64,000 bases of DNA from an uncultured Cellulophaga sp. (lineage in GTDB: Bacteria > Bacteroidota > Bacteroidia > Flavobacteriales > Flavobacteriaceae): positions 21,007-85,006 of the forward strand of contig CAXBCN010000006.1 in assembly GCA_963974535.1 (NCBI GenBank), in the 5' to 3' direction. The position numbers and the translations under genes were made by a program. The notes under the pieces are model-generated. The model did not search any database. It saw only the letters and a program-made list of their open reading frames with translations, and had not been told where the DNA came from. Shown here in pieces: positions 22,090 to 30,603 of the stretch (the stretch's first letter is position 1; every line of letters starts with the position of its first letter).

Positions 22090-22824
22090 TTACAAACTCA
22101 TTTTATCTTTAAAAATATAGGATTGTCTGCGTGACACCTCTACTTCTTCGCCATTATTCATGACTAATTTTAATTTTCCATTGAACCAAGGAACTACATT
22201 TTTTATATGATCCATGTTGATGATTTGCTGCCTATTCACCCTAAAAAAGTTTTGCTCCGGCAGTTTTTCTTCAACTTGATTTAAAGACTTATACAACATA
22301 GGTTTTTGATCTTGAAAATACACTCTAGAATAGTTTCCGACGATCTCAAAAAGTAAAATGTCACCGATTTTTACCAACCAACACTTTTCACCGTCTTTTA
22401 TGAAAATCTGACTGCTATTTGTTAATTTTTCTATGGATGATGTTGCGCTTGATCCCGTGGTACCGTCTAATTTAATTTTAACCTTCTCAATAGCCTGGCC
22501 AAAACGTTTATCATTTATAGGTTTTAATAAGTAATCGAGGGCATTATATTCAAAAGATTTAATCGCGTATTCATCAAAAGCAGTCGTAAAAACAGTAATG
22601 GGCACCTCATCTAACATTTCTAACAACTCAAAACCATCTTTTTCGGGCATATTAATGTCTAACAGCAACAAATCGGGTTTTGTGGCATTAATCAATTCAA
22701 AACCATTGTCAACATTTTCGGCTTCACCTACCAACTCTACATCTGGGTGCTGTTTTAAAAGCTCTTTAATCTCATTACGTGCTAAACGAGAATCTTCAAC
22801 AATAACTGTTTTTATAGTTTTCAT
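22090..22824 (-). CDS. LytTR family response regulator
   Basis: LLLLDINMP receiver, DYLLKP, FFRVNRQQIIN, VSRR LytTR motifs. Confidence 0.95.
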   Translation of the reverse strand: MKTIKTVIVEDSRLARNEIKELLKQHPDVELVGEAENVDNGFELINATKPDLLLLDINMPEKDGFELLEMLDEVPITVFTTAFDEYAIKSFEYNALDYLLKPINDKRFGQAIEKVKIKLDGTTGSSATSSIEKLTNSSQIFIKDGEKCWLVKIGDILLFEIVGNYSRVYFQDQKPMLYKSLNQVEEKLPEQNFFRVNRQQIINMDHIKNVVPWFNGKLKLVMNNGEEVEVSRRQSYIFKDKMSL

Positions 22825-23873
22825 AGGCTTGGTATTTTAATAATGGCGACCACCTGATCTTCAATTTCATTCAAAGAAAATTCAGCTTTAGCGCCATAGA
22901 GCAGACGTAAGCGTTGCTGAATATTTTTTAGACCCAATTTAGTAGAATTTTCACTCATCGTCAACTTACCTGTATTCCGAACTTCAATAATCAAATATTC
23001 ATGGGTTAGGCTAGTTGTTAAACCAATAACACCTCCATTTTTTAGATTGGCAATTCCGTGTTTAGCGGCATTCTCCACTAATAATTGAATAATCATAGGT
23101 GGAATTTGCAGGGATAAGCTATTCGGATCTATATTCTTTTGATAGTCTAAACGGTCTTCCATCTGTATTTTAGCTAGGGCAATATAGTTATCCACCATTT
23201 CTAGCTCTTCACTCAGTGCAATTGCATCCACTGTATTTTTAGATAAGGCATACTGCAACATTTCTGATAGTTTGGTAATCATTTCTCGTGATTTTTCTAC
23301 ATCTTCTAGCATTAAACCTCTAATATTATTCAGGCTATTGAACATAAAATGGGGATTCACTTGCCCTTTCAAGGTATTTAACTGTGCTTCTTTTAAGGTA
23401 GATTGTAGCTCTAAATTCTCTAATTTGTTTTTATTTATACCTATAATAAATTTGATACCCAAGTAAATAATAGTCCACCCCAGTAGGATAATAGAAGTAC
23501 TCACAAGGCTATATAAAAAAGACGAATTTTCATGAAACCATTGTTTTTCTAGAGGTGTTTTTTGCCAAATTAGTTCATAAAAATAATCGGTGAATGTAAA
23601 TAGCAAATAGTACGCTGCTACGCATGCTATAAAACTAAAAAATATTTTACCTAGATTTTTTTCGTTGAAACTATTAAAATCTATATGCTGTTTCAAGTAA
23701 TAACGGTACCCACTTGTTACCAGAATAGCTACTGCAGTTCCCGTAAAAAAAGAATAGACTTTATAGGTATTTGAAAGTTCCGGAATAATGAACATCACAG
23801 AACTCAACATGCTCCAACCCACGAGCTGTAGCACCCAAAAAAGTAATTCAGAATACTTATTTTTTAAGTCCAT
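22821..23873 (-). CDS. LytS/YehU-type sensor histidine kinase
   Basis: N-terminal TM helices; QVNPHFMFNSLNNI H-box; LVENAAKHG N-box; ATGA overlap with the LytTR gene. Confidence 0.93.
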   Translation of the reverse strand: MDLKNKYSELLFWVLQLVGWSMLSSVMFIIPELSNTYKVYSFFTGTAVAILVTSGYRYYLKQHIDFNSFNEKNLGKIFFSFIACVAAYYLLFTFTDYFYELIWQKTPLEKQWFHENSSFLYSLVSTSIILLGWTIIYLGIKFIIGINKNKLENLELQSTLKEAQLNTLKGQVNPHFMFNSLNNIRGLMLEDVEKSREMITKLSEMLQYALSKNTVDAIALSEELEMVDNYIALAKIQMEDRLDYQKNIDPNSLSLQIPPMIIQLLVENAAKHGIANLKNGGVIGLTTSLTHEYLIIEVRNTGKLTMSENSTKLGLKNIQQRLRLLYGAKAEFSLNEIEDQVVAIIKIPSL

Positions 23874-24959
23874 CTAAGCCTGAGGTTTTGCGATTGCCTT
23901 TATAGGCAAAACCACCCATAAGGTATGGCTGTCTATTTCGTGATTCGACATAAAACTAGCTTCATTACCATACAATAATTTTAGCCGCTGTTTTAGGGTG
24001 TTTTCTAATACTTGACGAGGCTTAGTCAAGGTCATGGTACCTGTGTGTAAAATACTTATTTTTAGCCTCTGGTTTTTTACTTCACTTTTCAAGCGAATCG
24101 TATCTTCATTCTTAGTGCCAAGCACACCATATCTTGTCGCCAATTCGATCATATTAGGCAAGAGTAAAGGTGGTACTTGTAAAGATAATGTCTCGGGAGC
24201 TACATCGTAATTCGTGTGCAATTTTTTCTTGTTATCAATCATTAATAAGTCCATATAGTTTTTACTAATGACTATTTCATCCTCTAAAATAACGGTATTA
24301 ATATCGGTTTTAGTTAATGAGTATCGAAGCAATTCAGATAGGGTAGTCAACATGTTTCGCGCTTGTTTTACGTCTTCTAACATTAAGCCCTTGATGTTCG
24401 TTAATGCCGTAAAAATAAATTGTGGATTAATATGGCCTTTTAAGGTATTTAGTTGCGCTTGTTTTACCTGATCTTTTAAACGTAAACGCCGTATTCTTTC
24501 GTTGTTAGAATTTCGAATGAGTTTTATGATGTAAAAGAAAACTGTCCAACCCCCTAAAATAATCGAGTAAATAATATACTTACCAAAGGCATTTGGCTCG
24601 GTAGGTGGTTTGTTGAAAATTTCTTTACTATCTACAAAAACAAGTTTGGCAAATTTTCCAACACCATAACCCGCATAATAGGTAACCGTGGGAATTAATA
24701 GAGCTGCAATAAAGACGGCAACAACTATTTTAACCAACATTATTGGTTTAAAATTTTCTAATGGAGCAACTTTATTTAAAACCCAACGCAATAAAGAAGT
24801 CATTATAATAAATACGACCATATTCCCTATGGTGATTACCAAAATGCCCTTCCAATTTTCACTTAAATTAGCAACAGTTGCCAAAAACAAAGAAAATGCT
24901 CCCCAACCCAAAAACTGTAGAATCCAAAATAAATTTTTAGAAATAAATCGTTGCATCAA
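23874..24959 (-). CDS. LytS-type histidine kinase paralog with degenerate catalytic motifs (probable pseudokinase)
   Basis: HINPQFIFTALTNI in place of NPHF; MIELATRYG in place of ENAxKHG; no G2 box; TAG abuts the next ATG. Confidence 0.85.
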   Translation of the reverse strand: MMQRFISKNLFWILQFLGWGAFSLFLATVANLSENWKGILVITIGNMVVFIIMTSLLRWVLNKVAPLENFKPIMLVKIVVAVFIAALLIPTVTYYAGYGVGKFAKLVFVDSKEIFNKPPTEPNAFGKYIIYSIILGGWTVFFYIIKLIRNSNNERIRRLRLKDQVKQAQLNTLKGHINPQFIFTALTNIKGLMLEDVKQARNMLTTLSELLRYSLTKTDINTVILEDEIVISKNYMDLLMIDNKKKLHTNYDVAPETLSLQVPPLLLPNMIELATRYGVLGTKNEDTIRLKSEVKNQRLKISILHTGTMTLTKPRQVLENTLKQRLKLLYGNEASFMSNHEIDSHTLWVVLPIKAIAKPQA

Positions 24960-25010
24960 TGCTGTTTAATTACTAGAGATATTGCAAGTTGTTGTTTGGC
25001 TTACTGTCTT

Positions 25011-25067
25011 TTAAAGCAAGATAAGACTTAAAATAAGTTCTATTATAATTTTGGCTAAAGATATCAT
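25011..25067 (-). CDS. Candidate 18-aa hydrophobic small protein MISLAKIIIELILSLILL
   Basis: Manual translation; ATG preceded by TTTAAAATTTAAAACC (A-rich, A at -3); first ORF downstream of the LytTR-like repeats. Confidence 0.4.
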   Translation of the reverse strand: MISLAKIIIELILSLILL

Positions 25068-25144
25068 GGTTTTAAATTTTAAAGATTATTGCTTACCAGC
25101 ACATAAAACTACTAGGTATTCGGTTCCTTTTAGTCACAAATATG

Positions 25145-25175
25145 GCGAACGGTAAATTCGACCTAGTGAACGGTA
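25145..25175 (-). promoter_or_regulatory. Candidate LytTR-binding direct repeat
   Basis: Minus strand TACCGTTCAC-N11-TACCGTTCGC, 21-bp period, upstream of the LytTR operon. Confidence 0.65.
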
Positions 25176-25598
25176 GGCTAAAGATGCTTTTCATCCTATT
25201 TTAATAGTGAGCAATCTTCAATACTCGCTTTCGTACAATTTTGGGAACCCTTAAATTTTAAAATAATAAGAGGGGTTTCTCAAAATTCTAAATCCTGTCA
25301 GGCTTTTAAAATGGTATCGGTTTGAGCCTCAAAATTTACTGTATGGCAATTCATAGCGCTGGCCAAGGCTTAAGCTATCCTCTTTTAAAGAGGTAATACC
25401 GTACAAGACTATTATGGGTTTAACGGTTTCACAGTCAGATTTATGTTATCAACTCTGCCATTATATCATTAGAATCCCTGCTACTAGAACGAGCAAACAC
25501 GATGATGTCAACAGTAATTTTAACAAAACACGAAAAGCGCATCAAGAATAATGGCAATGAAGTGCAGTAGCTCCTGTACTACTACTATAATGTTAGGA

Positions 25599-26123
25599 CT
25601 ATTTTATTTCTGGAGGATACTTTGCAAAAACTTTATTCGTAATTGCTCTTAAATTTTCTTCGCGCACCCGAGGAGATACGTTTTCTTTAAAAGGACTTGC
25701 ACCAACGGCCTGCCAAAACAAGACATCTTTTTGGCTGTCCACAAAATCGAACTTTATTTCACGCTCTAGTTTTGGTTGTCCTACGGGAATACCTATAGAA
25801 ATACCACCGCCTACATTTCGACCAGCACCACCAAGACCAACACCTACATTGTTATTCTGTGTGGCGCTATAGGAAGCACTTTGAATATTGATATAAAAAT
25901 CGGGTTCTTCCGAGTATAATATACCTTTGGCCAGCATTGTAGAATCTACCAGCACCAATAGTCGCTGCGTGTCTAAATCACTTAAGCCTGTTTGCATCTC
26001 TGGCAAATAGCTATAAGTAGTATAGCTTGCAAAGTCTGCCTTTTTATCATAATCATAATTCACACGGACAGTTGTACATGAGATGAAAGAAAAAACCATT
26101 AAAAAATAAACGAGCTGTTTCAT
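25599..26123 (-). CDS. DUF4136 family lipoprotein
   Basis: MKQLVYFLMVFSFISC lipobox, YDYDKKADF, Gly-rich GVGLGG, LFWQAVG, KYPP; start moved to the ATG near 26123. Confidence 0.85.
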   Translation of the reverse strand: MKQLVYFLMVFSFISCTTVRVNYDYDKKADFASYTTYSYLPEMQTGLSDLDTQRLLVLVDSTMLAKGILYSEEPDFYINIQSASYSATQNNNVGVGLGGAGRNVGGGISIGIPVGQPKLEREIKFDFVDSQKDVLFWQAVGASPFKENVSPRVREENLRAITNKVFAKYPPEIK

Positions 26124-26279
26124 GGAAAAAAAATTATTAGGACGTAAGATCATTAAAGATAAGTCATACGATTTTCAAATACAATAATCGCACAAGAAAC
26201 AGTTGGCCACTAACGGTGAGTCGTAAAACTACTAGTTTTGAGTGCGGCTTTCACGTGAAGTAAAAGTACTTAACGAGCT

Positions 26280-27281
26280 TTAGTCGTTTAACATTTTCCA
26301 AAGTGTATCTTTAAGTTCCGTTAGGCCCATTTGTGCTACAGAGGAAATAAACATAAAGGATACGCCAGTAAGTTGAGACTCTAATTCTGTTTTCATTTCA
26401 GCTTTCAACTCTTCATCGAGCATATCGCTCTTAGAAATGACTACCAAACGTGCTTTATCTAGCATTTCCGGATTATACCTACGTAATTCATCCAAAAGAA
26501 TTTCGTACTCTTTTTTAATATCTTTACTATCTGCTGGAATTAAAAATAATAGCGTAGAGTTACGCTCAATATGTCTTAAAAAGTAATACCCTAAACCTTT
26601 ACCTTCGGCAGCACCTTCAATAATTCCAGGAATATCTGCCATCACAAAACTTTGAAATTCACGGTATTTTACAATCCCCAAATTTGGTTTCAAGGTAGTA
26701 AATTCATAATCCGCAATCTTAGGTTTTGCCGTGGTTAAAACAGAAAGTAAGGTCGACTTTCCCGCGTTCGGAAAACCTACTAAACCTACATCAGCTAACA
26801 ATTTTAATTCCATAATGATGGCCAACTCCTGCCCCGGAATTCCTGGCTGAGCGTATCTTGGTGTTTGGTTTGTGGCTGTTCTAAAGTGCCAATTACCGCG
26901 ACCACCTAAACCTCCGGGAAGAATTATTTTTTCTTCACCTTCATCTGTTATCTCCATGATAACCTCCTCGGTTTCGGCATCTTTAATTACGGTACCTAGT
27001 GGTACGTCTAAATAAACATCTTCTCCATCGGCTCCTGTACTTCTACTCTTTGCCCCATGTTCTCCATGACCAGCTCTAAAACTTCGGCTAAATTTAAAGC
27101 TTAGCAAGGTCCATAAATCTTTATTCCCACGAATAATCACATGGCCTCCACGACCGCCATCGCCCCCATCAGGACCACCTTTCGTTATAAATTTTTCACG
27201 ATGTAAATGAACAGAGCCTTTACCACCGTTTCCCGATGTTAAATTAACTTTTACATAATCTACAAAATTGCCTTCTGTCAT
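26280..27281 (-). CDS. obgE: GTPase ObgE/CgtA
   Basis: [46 protein letters not shown]. Confidence 0.98.
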   Translation of the reverse strand: MTEGNFVDYVKVNLTSGNGGKGSVHLHREKFITKGGPDGGDGGRGGHVIIRGNKDLWTLLSFKFSRSFRAGHGEHGAKSRSTGADGEDVYLDVPLGTVIKDAETEEVIMEITDEGEEKIILPGGLGGRGNWHFRTATNQTPRYAQPGIPGQELAIIMELKLLADVGLVGFPNAGKSTLLSVLTTAKPKIADYEFTTLKPNLGIVKYREFQSFVMADIPGIIEGAAEGKGLGYYFLRHIERNSTLLFLIPADSKDIKKEYEILLDELRRYNPEMLDKARLVVISKSDMLDEELKAEMKTELESQLTGVSFMFISSVAQMGLTELKDTLWKMLND

Positions 27282-27462
27282 GGTGTTTTAAATGTGTTGT
27301 ATGATAAGCCTTAAATTTATCCTTGAGCTTTTTAGCGCCAGTTTCAAGAACTTAGACTTTTTCTTTTTTCAGGCCCGAGAATTCGGGATTGATTCTTAAA
27401 TTTAATTTGGTTTACACTGTTCTGAGATTTTACTCAAAGCGTATACTTGATAACCGTACCGC

Positions 27463-28569
27463 TTAAAGTTTATCAATAACCGATTTAATTCTTTTAGTAA
27501 TCTCCGCTATGTCGCCAATACCGTTAACACTATAAAACTTGTTTTTACCTTGGTAATAGCTTATTAAGGGTGCCGTTTTATCGTTGTATTCTTCAAAACG
27601 ATTTCGAATTTTAGTTTCGTCTTGATCATCTGCTCTACCACTTACTTTTCCTCGGCCTACAATACGCTGAATTAAAACCTCATCATTGGCTTCAAGCGCA
27701 ATCGTAGCATTTATTTTCATGTCTTTTGAATCTAAAAAAGCATCTAGTGCCTCGGCTTGAGCTGTAGTTCTCGGGAAACCATCAAAAATAAAACCATTAG
27801 CATCGGCATTTTTGTCAACCTCATCTTCAAGCATTTTAATGGTCACTTCGTCCGGTACTAAATCACCTTTATCCATATATGATTTCGCCAACTTACCCAA
27901 TTCCGTATCGTTTTTGATATTGTATCGAAAAACATCACCCGTAGAAATATGCTTTAAATTATATTCTGATTTTAAAAATTCTGCCTGTGTGCCCTTGCCA
28001 GCACCTGGTTTTCCGAATAGCACAAGATTAATCATAGTATTTTGGTTTAGTTGGTAAACTTCATTTAAATTTCTACCTAGCTCTTTATAATCTAGGCCGT
28101 AACCCACAATAAATTTGTCTGGAATTTCCATTCCTACATAATCTATATTGTATTCTCCATTATATACCGTTGGCTTATGGAATAGGGTGGCAATTTTAAA
28201 CTCTCGGACATTTGAATTTGAAAATAAATGCACCAGCTCTTTTAAAGTACGTCCGGTATCTATAATATCTTCAAGAATAATAACACTTTTACCTTTTACA
28301 TTTTCTGGAACATCTAACAGTGTTTCTACAATACCTGTAGAGGTCAACCCACTGTATGAACTTAATTTTACAAAAGAAACTTCACAAGGATGCTGATATT
28401 GCTTTAAAAAATCAGCTACAAACATAAAAGAACCATTCAAAACACCTACAAAAATAGGAGTTTCCTCTTTATAATCGGCAGCAACTTTCAATGCCACCTT
28501 TTTTACAGCAGCCTGAATTTGTTCCTGACTTAAAAATGGTTTAAAATGTTTGTCGTGCAGTTGTATCAC
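27463..28569 (-). CDS. adk: Fused hypoxanthine phosphoribosyltransferase - adenylate kinase
   Basis: HPRT half VLNGSFMF, IILEDIIDTG, FIVGYGLD; in-frame Adk half MINLVLFGKPGAGKGTQ (ATG 28035), DGFPRT; start placed at GTG 28569. Confidence 0.9.
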   Translation of the reverse strand: MIQLHDKHFKPFLSQEQIQAAVKKVALKVAADYKEETPIFVGVLNGSFMFVADFLKQYQHPCEVSFVKLSSYSGLTSTGIVETLLDVPENVKGKSVIILEDIIDTGRTLKELVHLFSNSNVREFKIATLFHKPTVYNGEYNIDYVGMEIPDKFIVGYGLDYKELGRNLNEVYQLNQNTMINLVLFGKPGAGKGTQAEFLKSEYNLKHISTGDVFRYNIKNDTELGKLAKSYMDKGDLVPDEVTIKMLEDEVDKNADANGFIFDGFPRTTAQAEALDAFLDSKDMKINATIALEANDEVLIQRIVGRGKVSGRADDQDETKIRNRFEEYNDKTAPLISYYQGKNKFYSVNGIGDIAEITKRIKSVIDKL

Positions 28570-28685
28570 CTTTATTTTTTTAAGAACGACAAATATAGTA
28601 TTTTGATTTCTCTTTTTTGCGCTAAGTAAGGTCGTTTTAAGAAATCGGTGTATTTTTGTAAAGAACATAGAATTCATTTCATCAT

Positions 28686-29858
28686 ATGCCAAATCAAAAT
28701 TCAACAAGCTATTTTTCGTCGGACTTTAAACTCGGAATATTAGGAGGTGGGCAACTAGGAAAAATGTTACTCTACGAGACCAGAAAATTTGACATTCATA
28801 CCAAAGTATTAGAATCCTCTAAAGATGCACCGTGCAACATTGCTTGTGACGAGTTCATTATTGGTGATTTAATGAATTTTGATGATGTGTATCAATTCGG
28901 AAAAAAAGTAGATGTTTTAACGATTGAAATAGAAAACGTAAACCTTGATGCTCTAGAAAAACTAGAAGATGAAGGTTTAAAAGTATACCCTCCTGTAGAC
29001 ACCTTAAAAACCATACAAAATAAGGCCAGGCAAAAGTTATTTTATGTAGACCATGATATACCTACAGCCGAATTTTCACGATTTGCCTATCTAAGTGAAA
29101 TAAAAGACAGCATTACCAATGGTGGTATTGAATTTCCCTTCGTTTGGAAAGCAACGCAGTTTGGGTATGACGGTCAAGGCGTTAAAATAGTGCGTAATTT
29201 TCAAGATTTAGAAAATTTACCCAAAGGTGAATGCATTGCTGAGGCGATGATTCCGTTTAAAAACGAACTTGCCGTTATTGTAGTTCGTAACCTAAAAGGT
29301 GAAGTGGTCACCTATCCTGTTGTGGAAATGGAATTTCACCCAGAAGCCAACCAAGTTGAATACGTAATTTGTCCTGCACGAATTGAAGAAAGCGTGGCTA
29401 GAAAAGCCACGGAGATCGCTTTAAAAGTATCGGAACAAATGAAGCATATTGGTATTTTAGCGGTAGAAATGTTCCAAACTACAGACGATCAAATTTTAGT
29501 AAACGAAGTAGCACCAAGGCCACACAATAGCGGTCATTACAGTATTGAAGCAAGCTATACCAATCAGTTTGAACAACATATAAGAGCTATTTTAAATTTA
29601 CCTTTAGGCAGTACAGCAAGTAAGGTAGCTGGGATTATGGTGAATTTAGTAGGTGCCGAAGGTTATACCGGCGATGTTATTTACGAAAACATGGAAGAAA
29701 TTCTAAAACTCGAGGGCGTAACCCCACATATTTATGGTAAAAAACAAACCCGTCCATTTCGTAAAATGGGTCATGTGACCATCGTTAATAAAAATCTTGG
29801 CTTGGCAAGAGTTATTGCTCAAAAAGTAAAGGAAACGATAAAAGTGATAAGTAAATAA
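28686..29858 (+). CDS. purK: N5-carboxyaminoimidazole ribonucleotide synthase
   Basis: GILGGGQLGKM, GYDGQG, NEVAPRPHNSGH, RKMGHV. Confidence 0.97.
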   Translation: MPNQNSTSYFSSDFKLGILGGGQLGKMLLYETRKFDIHTKVLESSKDAPCNIACDEFIIGDLMNFDDVYQFGKKVDVLTIEIENVNLDALEKLEDEGLKVYPPVDTLKTIQNKARQKLFYVDHDIPTAEFSRFAYLSEIKDSITNGGIEFPFVWKATQFGYDGQGVKIVRNFQDLENLPKGECIAEAMIPFKNELAVIVVRNLKGEVVTYPVVEMEFHPEANQVEYVICPARIEESVARKATEIALKVSEQMKHIGILAVEMFQTTDDQILVNEVAPRPHNSGHYSIEASYTNQFEQHIRAILNLPLGSTASKVAGIMVNLVGAEGYTGDVIYENMEEILKLEGVTPHIYGKKQTRPFRKMGHVTIVNKNLGLARVIAQKVKETIKVISK

Positions 29859-29994
29859 AGCAACTGTTGTGAAAAATACATGAATTGAATTTGGGTGATG
29901 AATTATGCTAGGCCTATCGTATAAGCAGATTTTGCCTGTACCAGTATTCCAACCCAACATAGAAAATTCTTGTTGTAACTAGAAAAATAGAATT

Positions 29995-30486
29995 ATGAGT
30001 AAAGTAGCCGTAGTGATGGGAAGTACAAGTGACCTTCCTGTTATGCAAGAAGCCATTGATATTTTAAAAGGTTTTGATATAGAGGTTGATGTAGACATTG
30101 TTTCTGCACACCGTACACCCGAAAAACTATACGATTTCAGCAAAAACGCCCACTTAAAAGGCTATAAAGTAATCATTGCTGGCGCTGGTGGTGCAGCACA
30201 TTTACCGGGCATGGTTGCCTCCATGTCTCCCCTACCTGTAATTGGTGTTCCTGTAAAAAGCAGCAATTCTATCGATGGTTGGGATTCGGTTTTGTCTATC
30301 CTTCAAATGCCAGGTGGTGTCCCTGTAGCTACCGTTGCGCTTAACGGCGCTAAAAATGCAGGTATCTTGGCGGCTCAAATTATTGGTGCTTCAGACAAAT
30401 GCGTGCTAGATAAAATTATTTTATACAAAGAAGGATTAAAACAGAAGGTCGTTGAAGGTGCAAAGTTAATTCATAAAGAAAAGTGA
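29995..30486 (+). CDS. purE: N5-CAIR mutase
   Basis: MGSTSD, VSAHRTP, GAGGAAHLPGM, PVIGVP. Confidence 0.98.
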   Translation: MSKVAVVMGSTSDLPVMQEAIDILKGFDIEVDVDIVSAHRTPEKLYDFSKNAHLKGYKVIIAGAGGAAHLPGMVASMSPLPVIGVPVKSSNSIDGWDSVLSILQMPGGVPVATVALNGAKNAGILAAQIIGASDKCVLDKIILYKEGLKQKVVEGAKLIHKEK

Positions 30487-30572
30487 ATAATTCATACATA
30501 GTAGTTTGCTGATGGTAAAAATTACTAGCATTTTAAATCTTAAATAAGAAACCTAAACATTTTTTTTGCCAT

Positions 30573-30600
30573 CAACGGGCAACGAACAACGAACAACGAT
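30573..30600 (+). repeat. Heptamer tandem repeat CAACG(AA/GG/AT) x4
   Basis: CAACGGG CAACGAA CAACGAA CAACGAT, ending 3 nt before the ATG at 30604. Confidence 0.8.
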
Positions 30601-30603
30601 ACA

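Noticed and set aside
26195-26280. Minus-strand CCGTTAGTGGC core-like site between obgE and DUF4136
   Set aside because: Flanking genes are housekeeping-type and I found no matching inverse core; at most a remnant.
27300-27400. CCCGA-GAAT-TCGGG and other short palindromes between adk and obgE
   Set aside because: Single short REP-like hairpins with no second copy in the window.
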